From NCBI GenBank assembly GCA_040377305.1, contig JBEIPA010000012.1, forward strand, positions 27,653 to 91,652: a DNA stretch of 64,000 nt, in the 5' to 3' direction. Shown in pieces: positions 9,219 to 19,021 of the stretch; position 1 is the first letter of the stretch, and each line of letters begins with the position of its first letter. The notes beneath the pieces are model-generated. The model was given only the letters and a program-made list of their open reading frames with translations. It was not told the DNA's origin and did no database searches. Made by a program: the position numbers and the translations under genes. Source of the stretch: Flavobacteriales bacterium. GTDB taxonomy: Bacteria; Bacteroidota; Bacteroidia; Palsa-965.

Positions 9219-10028
9219 TTACGGTTCGAAGTCGACATGAAAATGATCATCATGTTGCTTGTCCGTGAGCTCAGGTAAATTCATTGCAAAGTATATTCCT
9301 TTTGCTTTTACTTTCTTGCCGGTTTTGGTTGCATAAAATTCCGGCTTGAGTGAAAGCATGAGGATTACTTTTTTTACACGTAACCCTTGCGTGCGCGCGT
9401 GCTTCTCCAGAGAAAGTATCTGCTGGCCCAGAAGCGTGAAATCAATTTCAATGGTGGAGTCTGTTTTTAATCGACCCTTGTCATCAAACTGCAGGCGATA
9501 GTGCATTCCACCAATTGTATCGAGACCATAATACGGAACGGAATCTTTCAGAAGCGGAACCATCAGATCAATACTTCTTCCATTCTGATGTGTGCGGTGA
9601 CCGGGAATTGGTCCGCCGGTTTTTAATCCGGTTTCCATGTACGTAAATATTCTTCCCGGCGCAGTCGTTTCTAATTCTGCATACGACAGTTCGAGCGTGT
9701 TTCGCATCTTGTCGCTCATGTACGCGTGTCCCCACACATAACTCATCGTGTCGAAGTAGCGATAGTTTTTTCCGGAGAAGGGTAGAAGCTTCGCATGTTC
9801 GAGCGTTCCACCTGCTTCTGTACCTGTACACACGCTGGGGAGCGAATCGCCTTTGTGATTGTTGTAGTAAATCTCGACGGGAGAAAGTCCTGGTTGTTGT
9901 GTCGTGGTCTCTGTCCCGGCATGCGTCAGTTCTGCGACTACGAGACCACAACCAGAGAGTGTTTCCGGATTATTCGTGAACAACAAGAATCCACTGGCGA
10001 AAAAGAGGGCGAGCTTGGTCATCATCAA
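9219..10028 (-). CDS. LAS-family zinc metallopeptidase, penicillin-insensitive murein endopeptidase (MepA/M74)-like
   Basis: Signal peptide. H-x6-D motif in HRTHQNGRSIDLM and H-x-H in HDDHFHVDF, as in LAS peptidoglycan hydrolases. Confidence 0.65.
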   Translation of the reverse strand: MMMTKLALFFASGFLLFTNNPETLSGCGLVVAELTHAGTETTTQQPGLSPVEIYYNNHKGDSLPSVCTGTEAGGTLEHAKLLPFSGKNYRYFDTMSYVWGHAYMSDKMRNTLELSYAELETTAPGRIFTYMETGLKTGGPIPGHRTHQNGRSIDLMVPLLKDSVPYYGLDTIGGMHYRLQFDDKGRLKTDSTIEIDFTLLGQQILSLEKHARTQGLRVKKVILMLSLKPEFYATKTGKKVKAKGIYFAMNLPELTDKQHDDHFHVDFEP

Positions 10029-10189
10029 AGAGGTTTTGAAAATGAAAGCTAGTGCGGGAAGTGCGTGAAGAAATGTTAAATGGAACTATCCGTTAATTAG
10101 AACTTTCAAGTGGTTGCTTCGACACCACAATTGGAAATCAAGGAAGTTCAACGCACGTGTTAAAAGCAGGATCGCACCAGAATCGTGAT

Positions 10190-11749
10190 CTAGTACTTCA
10201 CCCAGCGTACACAGCTAGTACTGAAACCCGATGTTACATTGATGAAATACACGCCAGCTGGCCATGCAGAAGCGTCGTATACAATTGTATTCTGATTGCC
10301 TCCGGTGTATTCAATCGTGAAACAATCGACTTGCTGACCGAACGCATTGTAAATTTCAATACTGCTTGTCGCGTTAGTCTCTGTCGTGTATTGAATGTTC
10401 AGTACATCACTTCCGGGATTTGGAAAAAGTGTACAATTCAAATCTCCGGATGATGGGCTCTGAACTGTCAGCAGATTCTCCGACGCTTCCAGATACAATC
10501 CCATCGTGTACACATCGAGATAATCGCCACTGCTGGAAACAACGTTGTTGATGTATTGACCAATCAGATTCGTTAGTGAATCATGCAAAGTCTGAGGAAC
10601 AATACTCGTGTCGAGACGCCATGCCCGCAACAATCCATCGAAACCGGTTGATGCATCGCAAGCACTTTCATAAACAATGAAATTGCGTAATGCGGAACAC
10701 AACATATGAGTAAGCGTATCCTGCCATTGATTGTTCGGATCGGCGTACATCAGTGTTGCAGAAACGTTGTGGATAATGATGCTGTGATAAACCGAACGTG
10801 CATTGTGACCATCCATCCAACGTCCGTTAACGAGTTGTCCGGGAAGTACGGAATATCTCAGAATTGTATCGGCATTCATCGTCCAGTCGGAATTGCCGGG
10901 TGCCAATGCATATCCAAACGCCAATCCGTAAGTCTGAAACGAATTGTAATTGTAGTTGGTGTTCATGCGCAGTGTGTCCATGTACGCAGCAGTTTTCAGT
11001 GCAGCATTACGGTAGTTCGTATCGCCGGTGAACAGAAATGCTTCTGCGAATGCACCGCCGATCACTCCTGCATCGAATTTAAATTCACCGGTACCCGAAT
11101 CATCAATGATCCATCCGTTAACGAGTACATTCACCGAATCACTTCCCAGACTCTGCATGTAATTGTTGATGATGGGCGTGTACACCGGATCGTTGTAGGT
11201 GCGCAAATCCGGAAACGGAAAAGCACCATTGGCAAGCTGCAAGGTTAGAAGAGAATCGAGTCCATCGGTTGCCCACTGCAGGTATAAATTCCGACGCGCC
11301 AAATCTGTTTCTGCAAGTGCAATGCGGATTAACCCAATACTTATCTCAGCACCCGCACGTAGAGGAACTGAATGAGGAAGATATGCTGGCGGTAATTCGC
11401 CCTTGCAGATTCTCCACGTTTGCGTGTATGCAAGGCTGTCGGCCGAAATAAGGGCGCGTGAAACCAGCAGCGCATTTGACAATGGCAACCAGGTTGTATT
11501 GGTATTGAGCGGCGAATAATTTTCCGCAGCTTCCGGTTGACCCGCTTCAGTACCTAATACAATTCTGGCCTGATTACTCAACGAATCAATCTGCACCAGA
11601 TTCTTGTTGTAGAGTGCTGTTTGAATTGCAGCAGTCAACATAGACATTTGTGAATTCTGCGTGCTGTTCAGAACCTGAACTTCGTTGCATTGCGCACACA
11701 GTTGAACTGAAAGTGCGAGTCCGAGAATGGTGAATAGGGTTTGTTTCAT
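10190..11749 (-). CDS. secreted protein of unknown function with T9SS C-terminal sorting domain
   Basis: 519 aa. Signal MKQTLFTILGLALSVQLCAQ. C-terminal LFPNPGSDVLNIQY...GVYFINV is a Por secretion tail. Confidence 0.75.
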   Translation of the reverse strand: MKQTLFTILGLALSVQLCAQCNEVQVLNSTQNSQMSMLTAAIQTALYNKNLVQIDSLSNQARIVLGTEAGQPEAAENYSPLNTNTTWLPLSNALLVSRALISADSLAYTQTWRICKGELPPAYLPHSVPLRAGAEISIGLIRIALAETDLARRNLYLQWATDGLDSLLTLQLANGAFPFPDLRTYNDPVYTPIINNYMQSLGSDSVNVLVNGWIIDDSGTGEFKFDAGVIGGAFAEAFLFTGDTNYRNAALKTAAYMDTLRMNTNYNYNSFQTYGLAFGYALAPGNSDWTMNADTILRYSVLPGQLVNGRWMDGHNARSVYHSIIIHNVSATLMYADPNNQWQDTLTHMLCSALRNFIVYESACDASTGFDGLLRAWRLDTSIVPQTLHDSLTNLIGQYINNVVSSSGDYLDVYTMGLYLEASENLLTVQSPSSGDLNCTLFPNPGSDVLNIQYTTETNATSSIEIYNAFGQQVDCFTIEYTGGNQNTIVYDASAWPAGVYFINVTSGFSTSCVRWVKY

Positions 11750-11789
11750 GTGCAGCGACTGAATAACAAGATTAACAATGTACTCGCTT

Positions 11790-12188
11790 CTAATCCTTCT
11801 TCCTTAAAAACGAAACGAAGACACAAAGCCAACCCGCAATAAACAACAACCCACCAAGCGGTGTAATCGGTCCAAGAAAACCTGCATTAAATCCGGTAAT
11901 GTTTCTCGTTGAAAGAAAATAGATTGATCCGGAAAAGAACAGAACGCCAATAATGAACAACCACATGGCTGACTTTAAGAGTTTCGTTTCACCAAATACT
12001 TTTGCGAGAATCCCGATTGCAATCAGCGCGAAGGCATGATACATCTGGTAACGCGATCCGGTATCCCAGGAGTTCAGTTGCACATCAGTCAGTTGTCCGC
12101 CTTCTTTCAAGGCATGTGCGCCCATTGCACCGAGTATAACAGCGAGTGCGGCGAAGATGGAACCGGTGAGAATAGATTTTCTGATCAT
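11790..12188 (-). CDS. DUF423 family membrane protein
   Basis: Four hydrophobic helices. GAMGAHAL and the later glycine-rich helices are typical of DUF423/YgdD-like proteins. I prefer the ATG at 12188. Confidence 0.7.
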   Translation of the reverse strand: MIRKSILTGSIFAALAVILGAMGAHALKEGGQLTDVQLNSWDTGSRYQMYHAFALIAIGILAKVFGETKLLKSAMWLFIIGVLFFSGSIYFLSTRNITGFNAGFLGPITPLGGLLFIAGWLCVFVSFLRKKD

Positions 12189-12421
12189 GAGATAAAGGTA
12201 CAATTGTCAGCCCTCGGTACGTCCGGGATGTATCTGAAAATTCAATGGAGGCGACTACTCGGCCTGACAATTGAGTTCTTGTCAGACCGAGTAACCTCCA
12301 CCATCTTGCGTGCATGAATTTTTTAGGTGTACCGAGGGATGGCAGGAACATTCTCCGCAAAAGGAGCGACATTCACCGATTTCGAGGCAACCATTGACAC
12401 CGAAAGTCTATCTTGTGAATA

Positions 12422-13120
12422 GTGAAATCCGCTGTTAGCATTCTACTTTTTCCTGTGCTGTTGATCATATTCACCGTCAACACATCATTCGTTGATCCGG
12501 CGAAGAAAGAGTTCACATTCACCGGCTACTTCGGTATAGACAAGCTTGTGCAGGACAAAAAGTACTGGTGTGCAGCAAAAGGCGATTCCATCAGCCTTAG
12601 CATGTGCCGCTTTTATGTGTCGAACATGAAACTGTTGAAGGATGATGTAGAGTGGGGGAGAATGGAATACAAACTCATTGATTTGTTCGACAGTACCACA
12701 ACCAGGATGGACATTCCACATTACTCACGGAATGGAGTAAATGCGGTTCGGTTTTATCTCGGTATTGACAGCGTAAGGAATGTGGCAGGTGTAGGTTCTG
12801 GTGATCTCGATCCAACAAAGGGAATGTATTGGTCGTGGCAAAGTGGTTACATCAACATGAAACTGGAAGGAAACAGTAAACTCTGTTCGAAATCGAAAAA
12901 TGAATTTCAATATCACCTCGGAGGTTATGCCTCACCAAACAATGCGTTGCAGTTGGTGGAACTGAAACTTGAAAAAGGCGAATCGTACAATATCAAGGTT
13001 GACGTCGAACAGTTTTTCTCCCGAACCGATATGAGAGAAACAGCCCACGTGATGTCTCCAGCGCTTAAGGCAGTCGAGCTTTCTGTTAACGCTTCGAAAA
13101 TGTTTTCCATCGCCGAATGA
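12422..13120 (+). CDS. MbnP-like (WxW motif) putative copper-binding protein
   Basis: Signal-like N-terminus (GTG start). MYWSWQSGYINMKLEG carries the WxW motif. Its stop overlaps the start of a di-haem peroxidase (ATGA at 13117-13120), the arrangement seen in MbnP/MbnH pairs. Confidence 0.55.
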   Translation: MKSAVSILLFPVLLIIFTVNTSFVDPAKKEFTFTGYFGIDKLVQDKKYWCAAKGDSISLSMCRFYVSNMKLLKDDVEWGRMEYKLIDLFDSTTTRMDIPHYSRNGVNAVRFYLGIDSVRNVAGVGSGDLDPTKGMYWSWQSGYINMKLEGNSKLCSKSKNEFQYHLGGYASPNNALQLVELKLEKGESYNIKVDVEQFFSRTDMRETAHVMSPALKAVELSVNASKMFSIAE

Positions 13121-14139
13121 AGAACAGACTTTCTGTATTGATCGTATTAGCGTTACTACTGTTTGGTTTCCGATCGGTTCCTGCTCTCTTTTCATATCCG
13201 GAGTATTTTCCAAAACCGGTTTACGATGTAAAGAAACATGCGTTGACCGCAGAAAAAATTGAACTGGGAAGAAAACTCTTCTACGATCCGATATTGTCGC
13301 TCGATAGTTCCACCTCATGTGCATCCTGTCATTCTCCGTACAACGCTTTCGCACACATCGACCACAAACTAAGTCATGGCATAAACGACAGCATTGGAAC
13401 GAGAAATGCTCCTGCTTTGTTTAACCTTGCGTGGCAATCGCAATTCATGTGGGATGGCGCTGTGAATAATATCGAAGTTCAGCCTCTTGCTCCAATTGCG
13501 AATCCGATTGAAATGCACGAAGACATTGCGCATGTAGTTTTCAAATTGCAGCGTTCGAAAATTTATCCCACTTTTTTCCGCAATGCATTTGGCGATTCGG
13601 TCATCACCGGCCAACATGTTTTGCTCGCCCTCACACAGTTTCAGTTGACGCTAGTTTCCTGTAATTCGAAATACGATAGCGTGATGAATCATACAGCGAC
13701 TTTCACGAAGCAGGAACAGAATGGCCACGATTTGTTTCAGAAACATTGCAACTCGTGTCATACAGCACCGCTGTTTTCAACATACGCGTATGCAAGCAAC
13801 GGGTTGCCGGTCGACACATTTCTGAACGACATTGGACGCGCGGGCATCACACACATCGCGAGCGATTCCTTCCTGTTCAAGATTCCTTCTTTGCGCAATG
13901 TAGCGTACACGTTCCCATACATGCACGATGGCCGGTATGCGAAGTTGTATGATGTAGTTAACTATTATTCAACGACCGGAAACAAGTCGCGATTTGTTTC
14001 ACCTCAGCTTTCGCAACCAATCCTATTATCGTCCGACGAAAAAGTTGATCTCGTCGCATTTATGTTGACGTTGAGTGACAAAAGTTTCATTTTTAATAAA
14101 AATATCGGACCTCCACCGCTGGAGCAGAAGAAGCCCTGA
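13117..14139 (+). CDS. di-haem cytochrome c peroxidase family protein (MbnH/MauG-like)
   Basis: Two CxxCH haem motifs (CASCH, CNSCH). The length and surrounding sequence are typical of CCP/MauG family proteins. Confidence 0.85.
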   Translation: MKNRLSVLIVLALLLFGFRSVPALFSYPEYFPKPVYDVKKHALTAEKIELGRKLFYDPILSLDSSTSCASCHSPYNAFAHIDHKLSHGINDSIGTRNAPALFNLAWQSQFMWDGAVNNIEVQPLAPIANPIEMHEDIAHVVFKLQRSKIYPTFFRNAFGDSVITGQHVLLALTQFQLTLVSCNSKYDSVMNHTATFTKQEQNGHDLFQKHCNSCHTAPLFSTYAYASNGLPVDTFLNDIGRAGITHIASDSFLFKIPSLRNVAYTFPYMHDGRYAKLYDVVNYYSTTGNKSRFVSPQLSQPILLSSDEKVDLVAFMLTLSDKSFIFNKNIGPPPLEQKKP

Positions 14140-14153
14140 TCAAAACCTAAGCT

Positions 14154-15509
14154 ATGAAGAAGACTCTTTCCATTGTTGCACTCCTTGGATCTGCAATTGC
14201 ACTGCAAGCACAAACAAATCCGGTAATTCTAAACTGGTTGCAGAACACGTCCATTTATGGATCGCATTACATTCAGAATAACTTCACACCAATTCCGGAA
14301 AATGTTCTGGCGAATTGTCAAACCGTACAATATTCTACGAACTGGGTTTACGTGAGTACACATGGTATTCCAACATACACAACCGGTCCTTTCCTCGATG
14401 GAAATCCATCACTGGCGAGCGATCAGAATGCAATCTTCCGGTTTCCTTTGAACCCAACACAGAACACAGGCAATCCAACTTCGACAACGATGGGGAACAT
14501 TGGTGTGTTCATCAATGGTGTTGCTTTGTTTGATTACCGCGATGGTGTGTCGTGGAATAATGCACAACAACAGGAACGCGGTGGTCCATTGGGCGGAAGT
14601 GGCGACGGAGTTTGGAATCGCGATGCAGTTCCTGCAGAAATGCTTGGCTTCGATTGCGCGAAAGGTCATCCTGCAATGGGAAATTATCACCATCACCAAA
14701 ATCCTTCTGCATTTGATCTGGATCTCGTGCAGGTTTCAACCGTGTGCAATTTGTACGACGCCGATGGACTTTATGTAATTGACAGCGCAGTACATTCTCC
14801 GCTCATCGGTTTTGCTTACGATGGATTTCCGATCTACGGCGCTTACGGTTACGCAAACGCAAACGGAACTGGTGGAATTGTTCGCATCGAATCCGGTTAC
14901 CAGTTGCGTAGCATTTCTGCCCGCACACATTATGCCGATGGAAGTGATGTTACTGATGGACCAGCAATCAATTCAACGTATCCGCTTGGTCGTTACCGCG
15001 AAGATTACGAATGGATTTCACATCCGGGCAACGAATGGTATCTCGACGAACACAATGGTCGCTTCTGCGTAACACCGGAATATCCGAATGGTATCTATTG
15101 CTACTTCGCTACGGTTGATGCAAACTGGAATTCCGCTTATCCGTATGCAGTTGGTCCAACATTCTATGGCAACAAAGTAGCGCAGGAGGTGACACAGATT
15201 ACGGAAACAACTACAACGTATGTTCCTACTTCGGGAGTAATATCTCAGGCGGAAATGGATGCTATGCAATTCACTGTGTATCCGAATCCCGCGCAGGATT
15301 TTATTGCTGTTCAGGTTGGCGATTTGGTCACAACAGTAATCAAAGCAACGATGTACGATATGGCAGGTCGCGTGATTCAGGAAACGATGATTAATCCGGG
15401 AAGCACGATTGCGTATTTCGACACGCGTACTATTTACGACGGACAATACATCATTCAGATTCAAAGTGGAGAAAGTGTAAGAACAAGCAAAGTAGTTTTG
15501 CAGCACTAG
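14154..15509 (+). CDS. YHYH-domain protein with T9SS C-terminal sorting domain
   Basis: GHPAMGNYHHHQNP plus GFAYDGFPIYG match the YHYH domain. C-terminal VYPNPAQDFIAV...GQYIIQI is a Por secretion tail. Confidence 0.7.
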   Translation: MKKTLSIVALLGSAIALQAQTNPVILNWLQNTSIYGSHYIQNNFTPIPENVLANCQTVQYSTNWVYVSTHGIPTYTTGPFLDGNPSLASDQNAIFRFPLNPTQNTGNPTSTTMGNIGVFINGVALFDYRDGVSWNNAQQQERGGPLGGSGDGVWNRDAVPAEMLGFDCAKGHPAMGNYHHHQNPSAFDLDLVQVSTVCNLYDADGLYVIDSAVHSPLIGFAYDGFPIYGAYGYANANGTGGIVRIESGYQLRSISARTHYADGSDVTDGPAINSTYPLGRYREDYEWISHPGNEWYLDEHNGRFCVTPEYPNGIYCYFATVDANWNSAYPYAVGPTFYGNKVAQEVTQITETTTTYVPTSGVISQAEMDAMQFTVYPNPAQDFIAVQVGDLVTTVIKATMYDMAGRVIQETMINPGSTIAYFDTRTIYDGQYIIQIQSGESVRTSKVVLQH

Positions 15510-15530
15510 CTCGGTTTGGATTAACCAGGT

Positions 15531-15570
15531 AAAGGCGTCCCGGCGGTAATTCGTCGGGACGCCTTTTTTG
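15531..15570 (+). terminator. rho-independent terminator after the YHYH gene
   Basis: AAAGGCGTCCCG / CGGGACGCCTTT stem followed by TTTTTG. Confidence 0.7.
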
Positions 15571-15595
15571 TTGCTTTTCGCGAAAATTGTACCTT

Positions 15596-15727
15596 GTGAG
15601 TTCACACATTAGTGCTTTTTGTCAGACTGAGCCTCGCTGAAGGGCGACAACTGGCACGAATGATGAAATAGTGAGTTCACAATGTTATCCTTGTCAGACT
15701 GAGCGTAGCCGAAGGGTGACGAGGATG
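15596..15727. repeat. two tandem copies of the GTCAGACTGAGC..GAAGGGTGAC-type REP-like element
   Basis: GTGAGTTCACA...TGTCAGACTGAGCCTCGCTGAAGGGCGACAA and GTGAGTTCACA...TGTCAGACTGAGCGTAGCCGAAGGGTGACGA. The same family occurs at 29141-29392. Confidence 0.6.
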
Positions 15728-15744
15728 AAGACACAATCTCAACT

Positions 15745-17214
15745 ATGAACAACGTATTACAATCTGGTTACGATTCACTCCACTCAGAAGAGAAGCGCAA
15801 TTTGCGTCAACGGCTTTCTGATTCACCGCGTGCTATTCTGCTTTTGGATTTTCTGGAAGAGAGAAGAGGGAAGAAGTTCAATACTGTGGATGCGGTGAAC
15901 ACTGTATATAGTGATGAATCGGACGAAGAGTTTACAACACTGCGCAATCGTTTCTTCAAGCTTCGCAAGCACATCATTGAAACGCTTGATGAGAATACGG
16001 TGAATACGGGAACAGGAGTTTCGCTGCTACCCTTGGAGGAAGAGTTGTTTCGTTGCCGTCAAATGATCGGACAAAATCACTTTCAGCAAGCAGACAAACA
16101 GTTGAAAGCGCTGATCGCAGAATGCAAGCGACTCAATGTGTTTGAATTGCTGCCTGATGCTTACAACCAGATTGTTTATGCGAATCTCGCGCTGAACAAT
16201 TTCAAAGAGCACGAACGTAATTTGCGCGACCTTGAGGAATCGAGCAAGGTGCTGGACGATTTACGTACCATGCAGGTATTGTCGCGACGAATTTATGTGG
16301 GCGCAATTACCCGTAATACCAAGGAAGTGGTGAAGCAATTGCAGGCAATGCGCAGAATTGTTCTTCGTCGCAGTGCATTTCCACGCTTCGAATTGATTTA
16401 TCATTTCGTAGTAGTAACGAATGCGCCTTCTGTTCCCGGTTACAGCGGAAAAGGACACGCGCGACATTTGGCTTCGCTCAAGAAAATATCAGCGAAGCAT
16501 CCCGGAATGCCTGCTGCGAATTTCGAACCCAATGGAGCCGCGTTGATGCAATACTATCTGCTTGTCGCCGATGGATCACACCACTTCATGCGTGGTGATG
16601 TGCAAACCTGTTACAACCTCTTCAAAGAATCCTGGGATATCATGGAACGCATTCCGAATCTCAAGCTGAGAAAGTCGGAAAGCAATTTCAAGAACAGGAT
16701 TGCGATTGAAGTCGCAACGAATCGTTTCCGGGATGCTGTAAAGACTGCACATGATCTCATCGAATTTCAGAAGGAGAACAAGAATGAAGAGAAGCGCCTG
16801 AACGGTTTTGCAGAGCTTGCAGTTATTTACAGTTATGCATATCCTGCGCTGAAATGTCCCGATCCTGAATTTCTGTCGCGGCAGCTCAAAGTATTCACAT
16901 CCTTGCTCAAACGGGAAAAATCTGTTCTCCTCGGCGACGGGCAATCAACACAAGCCATTTTTGCTTTCATGAACAAAGACTGGAAGCTTGCAAACACGAT
17001 CATGCAGAATAAAGCTGCTCAGGATGTTTTCACTTCCATGGATCTTGAAATTTACAACGAAGTGCTGCTGATGTCGCCCGCAATGCCCGTTGAGAAAATC
17101 AAAGAGGTGAAGAAGCGTGCACAGACTATGCTCGACAAGTCGTTTTCTTCAGATCGGGTTTATTCGTTGAAGCGGGTGGTGAATTTGATCGGGATATTGG
17201 AGAATTCGCTGTGA
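15745..17214 (+). CDS. hypothetical protein (helical, no recognised domain)
   Basis: 489-aa uninterrupted ORF, convergent with the end of the cassette array. Confidence 0.6.
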   Translation: MNNVLQSGYDSLHSEEKRNLRQRLSDSPRAILLLDFLEERRGKKFNTVDAVNTVYSDESDEEFTTLRNRFFKLRKHIIETLDENTVNTGTGVSLLPLEEELFRCRQMIGQNHFQQADKQLKALIAECKRLNVFELLPDAYNQIVYANLALNNFKEHERNLRDLEESSKVLDDLRTMQVLSRRIYVGAITRNTKEVVKQLQAMRRIVLRRSAFPRFELIYHFVVVTNAPSVPGYSGKGHARHLASLKKISAKHPGMPAANFEPNGAALMQYYLLVADGSHHFMRGDVQTCYNLFKESWDIMERIPNLKLRKSESNFKNRIAIEVATNRFRDAVKTAHDLIEFQKENKNEEKRLNGFAELAVIYSYAYPALKCPDPEFLSRQLKVFTSLLKREKSVLLGDGQSTQAIFAFMNKDWKLANTIMQNKAAQDVFTSMDLEIYNEVLLMSPAMPVEKIKEVKKRAQTMLDKSFSSDRVYSLKRVVNLIGILENSL

Positions 17215-17271
17215 GAACACGATAGTAAATTAAGTGTTCTGTGCACTTAGTTGTTGTCCATGATAGCGTTG

Positions 17272-17868
17272 TCAAGTATACGACCTGGTGTTTTTGTAAT
17301 CATCAGTTAAAATGGTCGGTATTGCTGAAGTGGTATACTTTCTAAAATCCTTGACGGTTGTTTCATACTGCACATTGAGTGCCTGAAAAGCGTCAAATTG
17401 GATTTTGGAATAAATGTTGAATTTGAAGACGTGCATCTGACCATCTACGGTCTTAAGATAAACAAGTGCATTACCGTTACGTTCTATATCACGATGGTTG
17501 TTTCTAAAACCACAATAATGGTCATAGAATAGGAGGAAGGTGTTGATATGTGTTAGTGCTATAGCAAGTCGCTCATCCGGTTTTGTTATCGTGATTTCGT
17601 CCAACGTAAACGTAATTGTGCCGGCATAATTGCTGGGCTTGGGCCAGTCTGGATACAACCTCCGGATGTATTTATCAGTTACGAACAACAAACTCAAGAG
17701 TAATACGACAAATACAATTCCACGAGCCTCCCTTGAAACGGGAAGTGATTGAACGACGAGCAGCGTAATGATTGCAACAACAACTGATCGTGCGATTCGC
17801 GCTAAGCAGCCGTGGTCTGAAAGAACATTGATGTCATCACGGTACAAATTCAACTCAACGCTATTCAT
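17272..17868 (-). CDS. hypothetical membrane protein (distal cassette)
   Basis: 198-aa ORF with two hydrophobic helices. The start lies 8 nt past the diverged attC-like unit at 17877-17962. Confidence 0.5.
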   Translation of the reverse strand: MNSVELNLYRDDINVLSDHGCLARIARSVVVAIITLLVVQSLPVSREARGIVFVVLLLSLLFVTDKYIRRLYPDWPKPSNYAGTITFTLDEITITKPDERLAIALTHINTFLLFYDHYCGFRNNHRDIERNGNALVYLKTVDGQMHVFKFNIYSKIQFDAFQALNVQYETTVKDFRKYTTSAIPTILTDDYKNTRSYT

Positions 17869-17876
17869 TTATTGTT

Positions 17877-17962
17877 GCTTATGGTTTTCGGATTGACATC
17901 ATTAGCGTTTCCTTCAAATAACTATAACTGAAAAGTGGTTGGCAACAATTACACTCTTATGC
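17877..17962 (-). repeat. diverged (eroded) copy of the ~86-nt attC-like unit
   Basis: GCTTATGGTTTTCGGATTGAC..GCGTTTCCTTCAAATAACTATAACTGAAAAGTGG..CAACAAT..CTCTTATGC aligns end to end with the 25616-25700 unit. Both cores and most of the stem complementarity are degraded. The stop of ORF 17957-18394 lies in its CTTATGC end. Confidence 0.6.
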
Positions 17963-18394
17963 ATCAGTTTTCGCAAGGGCAGCTACTAACTCATCAGGCC
18001 TCTTTGTGGTCAATACAACTTTTGTTAGGCTGCCTGCTTCCGAAGTAAATTCGATTGCAACTGTTTCTTTGACCCGTTCAACGTTAACTATGTTTTTGAG
18101 CGGAACGCGGTGAAGCATCTCATACTGTTGTAGAAAACTGGCAAAAAGCAAAGGACATTTAAGCCAAAGTTCGCTGTCTGTCACAACAATGTCCAGTCCG
18201 CGACTTGTTCCGCCCAGTCTGGTCATAAGAGTCCGAGTAGAGTGTCCAGACGCAGAACGATCCCGATATTTCACCAGTACCGTTTCGATATCTGGAAATA
18301 TCGCAATTGCTTTTTTTCCTCGTGTATAAGCGAGATAAAACATAGTTAGCATCACGACACACCAACAAAGAAATAATACTGTTTGACCGTTCAT
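17957..18394 (-). CDS. hypothetical membrane-anchored protein (distal cassette)
   Basis: 145-aa ORF with one N-terminal hydrophobic helix. Confidence 0.5.
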   Translation of the reverse strand: MNGQTVLFLCWCVVMLTMFYLAYTRGKKAIAIFPDIETVLVKYRDRSASGHSTRTLMTRLGGTSRGLDIVVTDSELWLKCPLLFASFLQQYEMLHRVPLKNIVNVERVKETVAIEFTSEAGSLTKVVLTTKRPDELVAALAKTDA

Positions 18395-18452
18395 TTAATC
18401 GATTTTCCAAGCATTTATATTTCACGGTGATTTTTAGAAATTCCGGAAGCAG

Positions 18453-18911
18453 TTATTTCTCACAAATTTCCTTCAGCTTCTCCAATGCTTTTGGATATTT
18501 CTCGTTCATATAACCAACAAAATCTTCTGTGGTGTCTAAGTCAACAGTAACGGTCGTGGTTCCGTTGTTTTCTTCGAACGAATAGTTTTCAAATCCGTTT
18601 GCCCACTTTTCCACCTCAGGTCCGTCTGTAATTTCCTTGTCGCCTTGTACAAGGCCATAATGTTGGATCGAAACAAATTTGCCGGGAGTGTTTTCCGCTA
18701 TCCTGGAAACCATGCCTCCCTTTTCTCCGTTCTCCGAAACTCCGACAAAAAGAATTTTGCTTCCCTTGTCCCAGCTTCCTTCGAATGTCGAGGTTGCGTT
18801 AAACAGAGCAGTCCACTGCTCATACGTTGATTTATTGCTGATGCCAAGCATCACATCGTAAACCTTAGTTGCAGTTGCATTGATGTTTACTGTGAACTGG
18901 AGTTTTTTCAT
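18453..18911 (-). CDS. SRPBCC / AHSA1-like domain protein
   Basis: 152 aa. The N-terminal pattern KLQFTVNINATATKVYDVMLG...YEQW and the protein size fit Aha1/SRPBCC-fold proteins. Confidence 0.6.
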   Translation of the reverse strand: MKKLQFTVNINATATKVYDVMLGISNKSTYEQWTALFNATSTFEGSWDKGSKILFVGVSENGEKGGMVSRIAENTPGKFVSIQHYGLVQGDKEITDGPEVEKWANGFENYSFEENNGTTTVTVDLDTTEDFVGYMNEKYPKALEKLKEICEK

Positions 18912-19021
18912 GGTATTGAGTTTGTTTAGATTATACAGATTGTAATTGGAATGTTATTTCAATTCATATCTCGTGATACGAAACTTCAAATGAGCATAGA
19001 CTGACTTGTTTCTGCATGCAG

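Noticed and set aside
12431-12440. GCTGTTAGCA at the start of the MbnP-like gene matches the repeat-core end of the cassette array.
   Set aside because: It is an isolated 10-mer inside a coding region. It has no partner core and no palindromic arms, so it is most likely chance.
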